Below are positions 52,285 through 55,915 of a stretch of DNA of 55,915 bases, piece by piece. A model generated the notes under the pieces. It did not search any database, had not been told where the DNA came from, and saw nothing but the letters and a program-made list of their open reading frames with translations. The stretch spans positions 1 to 55,915 of the forward strand of contig CAXHJY010001259.1 in NCBI GenBank assembly GCA_964016885.1. Reading direction: 5' to 3'. The position numbers were made by a program, and so were the translations under genes. The stretch is from Eledone cirrhosa. Its lineage: Eukaryota. The stretch's first letter is position 1, and the number at the start of each line of letters is the position of its first letter.

Positions 52285-52414
52285 GACTTGTGATAGTAAC
52301 AGATGCTGTTCCAGCGATGGGACTGCCACCCGGCCAGCATACAATTGGTCCACAGAAAGTTGAGATACAACATAACAGAGCTGTCTTGGCTGGCACCGAA
52401 ACCTTGTGTGGAAG
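52285..52414 (+). CDS. AMDHD2: AMDHD2 internal exon F
   Basis: (G)LVIVTDAVPAMGLPPGQHTIGPQKVEIQHNRAVLAGTETLCG(S), with the catalytic Asp motif VTDA; phase matches exon E. Not on the ORF track. Confidence 0.93.
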
Positions 52415-52560
52415 GTACATGTGATTAATATTTTTTCCTGTTCTTTTGTTTGTAAGATGAATCACTGTTTTAATAGTTTAGGCTGATGACTTGGGTGAAA
52501 AAAAAAACAGTGAGAAGAAACTAGGTTGAAAGCAGAATATTTATTATTATTATTATTATT

Positions 52561-53005
52561 ATCATCATCATCATCATCATCGTTTAACGTTCATCTTCCA
52601 CGCTAGCATGGGTCTGGACGGGAATTGTCCCACTTGAGGCAAGATTGGTTGTCTTGCTCAGGACTGTCTGGCGGGTTTTCTACGGCTGGATGCCCTTCCT
52701 AACACCAACCACATTTACAGTGTGGACTGGGAGGTTTTTACCGTGTTACCTACACGGCCACATTACAGCATGGACTGTGTGTTTTTTGTCGTGACACCTA
52801 CACGTCTGGCGGGTTTTCTACGGCTGGGTGCCCTTCCCAACACCAACCACATTTACAGTGTGTACTGGGAGGTTTTTCCCGTGTTACCTACATGGCCACA
52901 TTACAGCGTGGACTGTGTGTTTTGTCGTGACACCTACACGACCTCATTTGTTTCGGGCTGGATGTTGTGGTACCAACATAACTTTACATCGAAAAGGGTG
53001 GTGTA
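52561..53005 (-). mobile_element. RTE 3' UTR fragment with internal duplication
   Basis: Match to the RTE 3' UTR. Confidence 0.85.
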
Positions 53006-53018
53006 GATGGTGGTTATT

Positions 53019-53210
53019 ATTGGCAGTATCGGTAGAGCGGCAGACACCATGCTATGCAGCATAGAGTTATGTCCCTTTACGTTCTGAGTTCAAATTCCGC
53101 TGAGGTTAGCTTTGCCTTTCAACCTTACGGTGGTCGATAAAATAAAGCACCAGTAATGCACTGGGGTCAATTTAACCGACTTTCCTCTCCCCTTCAAAGT
53201 AGAAACAATT
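53019..53210 (+). mobile_element. Nin/Deu-like SINE copy
   Basis: TGGCAGTATCGGTAGAGC A-box, GAGTTCAAATTCC B-box and a Nin-like block. Confidence 0.75.
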
Positions 53211-53579
53211 ATTATTATCATTATTATTATTATTATTATTGGTGATAGTCCTATACGAGCGAGACACGGTCACCTGACCATCTTGCCTCAAGTGGGGCAA
53301 TTCCCGTCTAACCCATGCAAGCGTGGAAGATAGACGTTAAACGATGATGATGATGATGGTGACTTACATAGGAAAATGTGTTATCGTGAGCTCCAAAAGG
53401 TTTGTTGTTTTCAGTTATTTTGAATTGCCAATTATGGAAAATTTTTGTTAACTGTTAAGTTCATATATATTGCTTTCTGAAAAGGACACTCAATAATATT
53501 GGGACCTTGAGCCCAAATTTGAAGTTTATTTTGTCAAAACAAACAAATACCATGGAGCATCGGCAACTATGTACGGTAT

Positions 53580-54420
53580 CATATGGTACAACTATGTACG
53601 GTATCATATGGTACAACTAACACAAAAATACGCCGAGTGGAGCGGACATCTGAGTCCCATATCAAAAGGCTTTGGGACATGTGTAGGCTCAGAAAACCCG
53701 CATCATAGGTGGACACAGATATGGGACTGTGGATCTGTTCTTTGGAACCCCACAGGAAGCCAGAGAGGACTCCCTGGCTCCACTAAAGATCGATGAGTTC
53801 ACACTAGTCCCAAGTTACTGCAGACAAAGGCTCACTCGTGAGAGTGAGGGTAACCCAGGTTCCACTGGCCATAGATATTCCCTGGCTGATGGCTGCCATC
53901 CTCACCGACATCAAGGATGACACAAAGGTCATCGAGGTGATAAGAATAAAACAGGAGAATTGGTTCAGATCCAGAATTGAGCTCCTGTTCCAGGCAGACC
54001 AGAAAAACATCCAGGAGATTCCAGAGGTGATAGACCTCGATGATGGCAGCCACCTCATGGTAATCGTTGAAGCTAGAAGGCCAAGATACGTTGTTTGTGG
54101 TGATGGGACCCACCTAAAGGCTCTCTATCCACAGGGGATGGCAAAAATATTAAGGCCACCTCTCCTGCCTACCCCACTGACTAAACCAGCAAAACCAGCA
54201 GCAGCAATGGCAGCAGCAACTGTAGCAGCAACGATGCCAAGACCACCACCACCCACTGCGCCAGAAGTAGCACTAGCACCACCACCATCCGCCACAACAA
54301 ACACCAACGCCTGTGGAGGACATTTCACTCCCCAACCTCTCACAACTGGAGATGCATTGTGACGAGGAGGAGTGGGAAACTGTATCTGGAAAAAAAGAAA
54401 CCGGAAAAGAAAGAACCCTC
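53580..54420 (+). mobile_element. Degenerate gag-like ORF1 of a LINE
   Basis: VIVEARRPRYVVCGDGTHLKALYP resembles a decayed CCHC knuckle. It is followed by a Pro/Ala linker and an out-of-frame EEEWETVSGKKRNRKRK. Confidence 0.55.
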
Positions 54421-55567
54421 TTCCTTCGGCCTCTAATTAAGGCATTTTGTAGGCTGCATTAATGATTTTGTCAGGTTTGCTAGAAATAGCAGCCAGGTTT
54501 CCTTCAAAGTATACTCTACCATTTTAGAAAAACAAGGACACATTGGACAAGGTCATCATCATCAACATCACCATTTTACGTCTGTTCTTCCACGCTAGCA
54601 TGGGTTAGATGGGTTGTCCTGTTGTGGGCAGTGTCCAGACGGCTGACCTTGTCTTGCTCATACTGGAACTGATTCTGACTTGATTTCTACAGCTGGATGC
54701 CCTTCCTAACACCAACCTCATTTACAGTCAGTGCTGGGTGATTTTTCCATGGCACCTGTGTGGGCTGGCATTTCCACGAGCACTTTGCAGTGGGGAGGGG
54801 GGTGGGGTTATATTGTCTATATGTTTCAGGTAGTTATAGATATATATTATATCTGAAAGCAACAACAACAAAACCATGGGATGGTCATGGCTGAAACATC
54901 TATGTTCATACATATGTAGGCTTGATAAACAATAAAATCCTAGTTCTACTTGTCTGGCAAGTAATTTTATTTGAAACCATGTGTTGAAGCTAAAGCAATT
55001 ACATAGTAGATGAGTCATTTTTGCCTTTCAAAATACACACAAAAACTATTAACTATGAGCATCCTGTGATAATTTAGCAGTAAATATCTAAAAATGCGTT
55101 TGATAATTCTAGAGTTTACAGTATCTTTGCTAGTGAACAGTTTGTTGTGAAAATATTAGAGGAAAGACTTGACATTCTAATTTGATGCAATCATAGTGCA
55201 GTTTTGTATTTTTCAAGAATATTTTCCTAATGTAGTTTCATATGGTATAAGAAGTTAAGAGTTAAATTCTCTTCACATTTATCATTTATTTCTTGTTGTC
55301 AAAATTTTCATCACACTGTTTGTAACCTGGTTACTTGCACAGTTATGACCAGTGTTTATGGGCCTCATCATCATCATCACCATTTAATGTCCATTTTTCA
55401 CGCTAGCATGGGTTAGACAGGTTTTAGTAGATAAATTACATAATATTCATTCATTATTTATTCAAAGTAATCCAACTTATCTAAACTATAAAAAAAGAAG
55501 GTCTGCGGGATTGCGTACGGTTTATTTTTTTTATCTCGTTAGTAAAATAAGTTGAATTACTTTGAAT

Positions 55568-55754
55568 AAATAATTGTTTCTACTTTTGGCACAAGGCCAC
55601 CAATTACCCAGTATATTACTGGTACTTTATTTTATCGACCCCCGTAAGGATGAAAGGCAAAGTTAACCTCGGCGGGATTTGAACTCAGAATGGCAAGGGC
55701 CGTAACTCAATGCGTCAAAGCATGGCGTCCGACCCTCTACCGATACTGCCAATC
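55568..55754 (-). mobile_element. Nin/Deu-like SINE copy
   Basis: Close match to the 16794-17203 units. Confidence 0.8.
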
Positions 55755-55915
55755 TAACTTTGAATAAATAATGAATGAATATTACATAATTTATCTACTA
55801 AATATAATTTCGTAAAATACTTCGTAAAATTAATACTAAATATAATTTCTACAAAAATAATTTTGTAAGAATAAATAATTTAAAATTGACTTCTTTTCAA
55901 AGTTCCATTTCCGGT

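Noticed and set aside
52484-52505. CTGATGA...GAAA motif
   Set aside because: No stem I, stem III or cleavage triplet; a chance match.

Overview
Repeat-dense, AT-rich animal genomic DNA, most likely from an octopus or other coleoid cephalopod. That assignment is inferred from the CORE- and Nin-type SINEs, the RTE load and the huge (TA)n tracts. The only host gene is six internal exons of AMDHD2/nagA (N-acetylglucosamine-6-phosphate deacetylase, + strand, 18099-52414). All have GT-AG splice sites in compatible phase, and one intron is about 25.5 kb. The rest is intronic and made of: about a dozen truncated RTE LINE copies carrying a PHD-type zinc finger, tRNA-derived SINEs, Penelope-like element (PLE) fragments, pogo, maT/mariner and Chapaev3 DNA transposons, piggyBac-type MITEs, a CRE-like LINE relic and an ORF1-like LINE relic. 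The most striking signal, invisible on the ORF track, is a set of at least 7 sequence-diverse minimal type I hammerhead-ribozyme motifs. They sit in short islands inside or beside (TA)n tracts, and several belong to long inverted repeats whose arms end a few nucleotides upstream of the ribozyme core. All folds were derived by eye and are untested.
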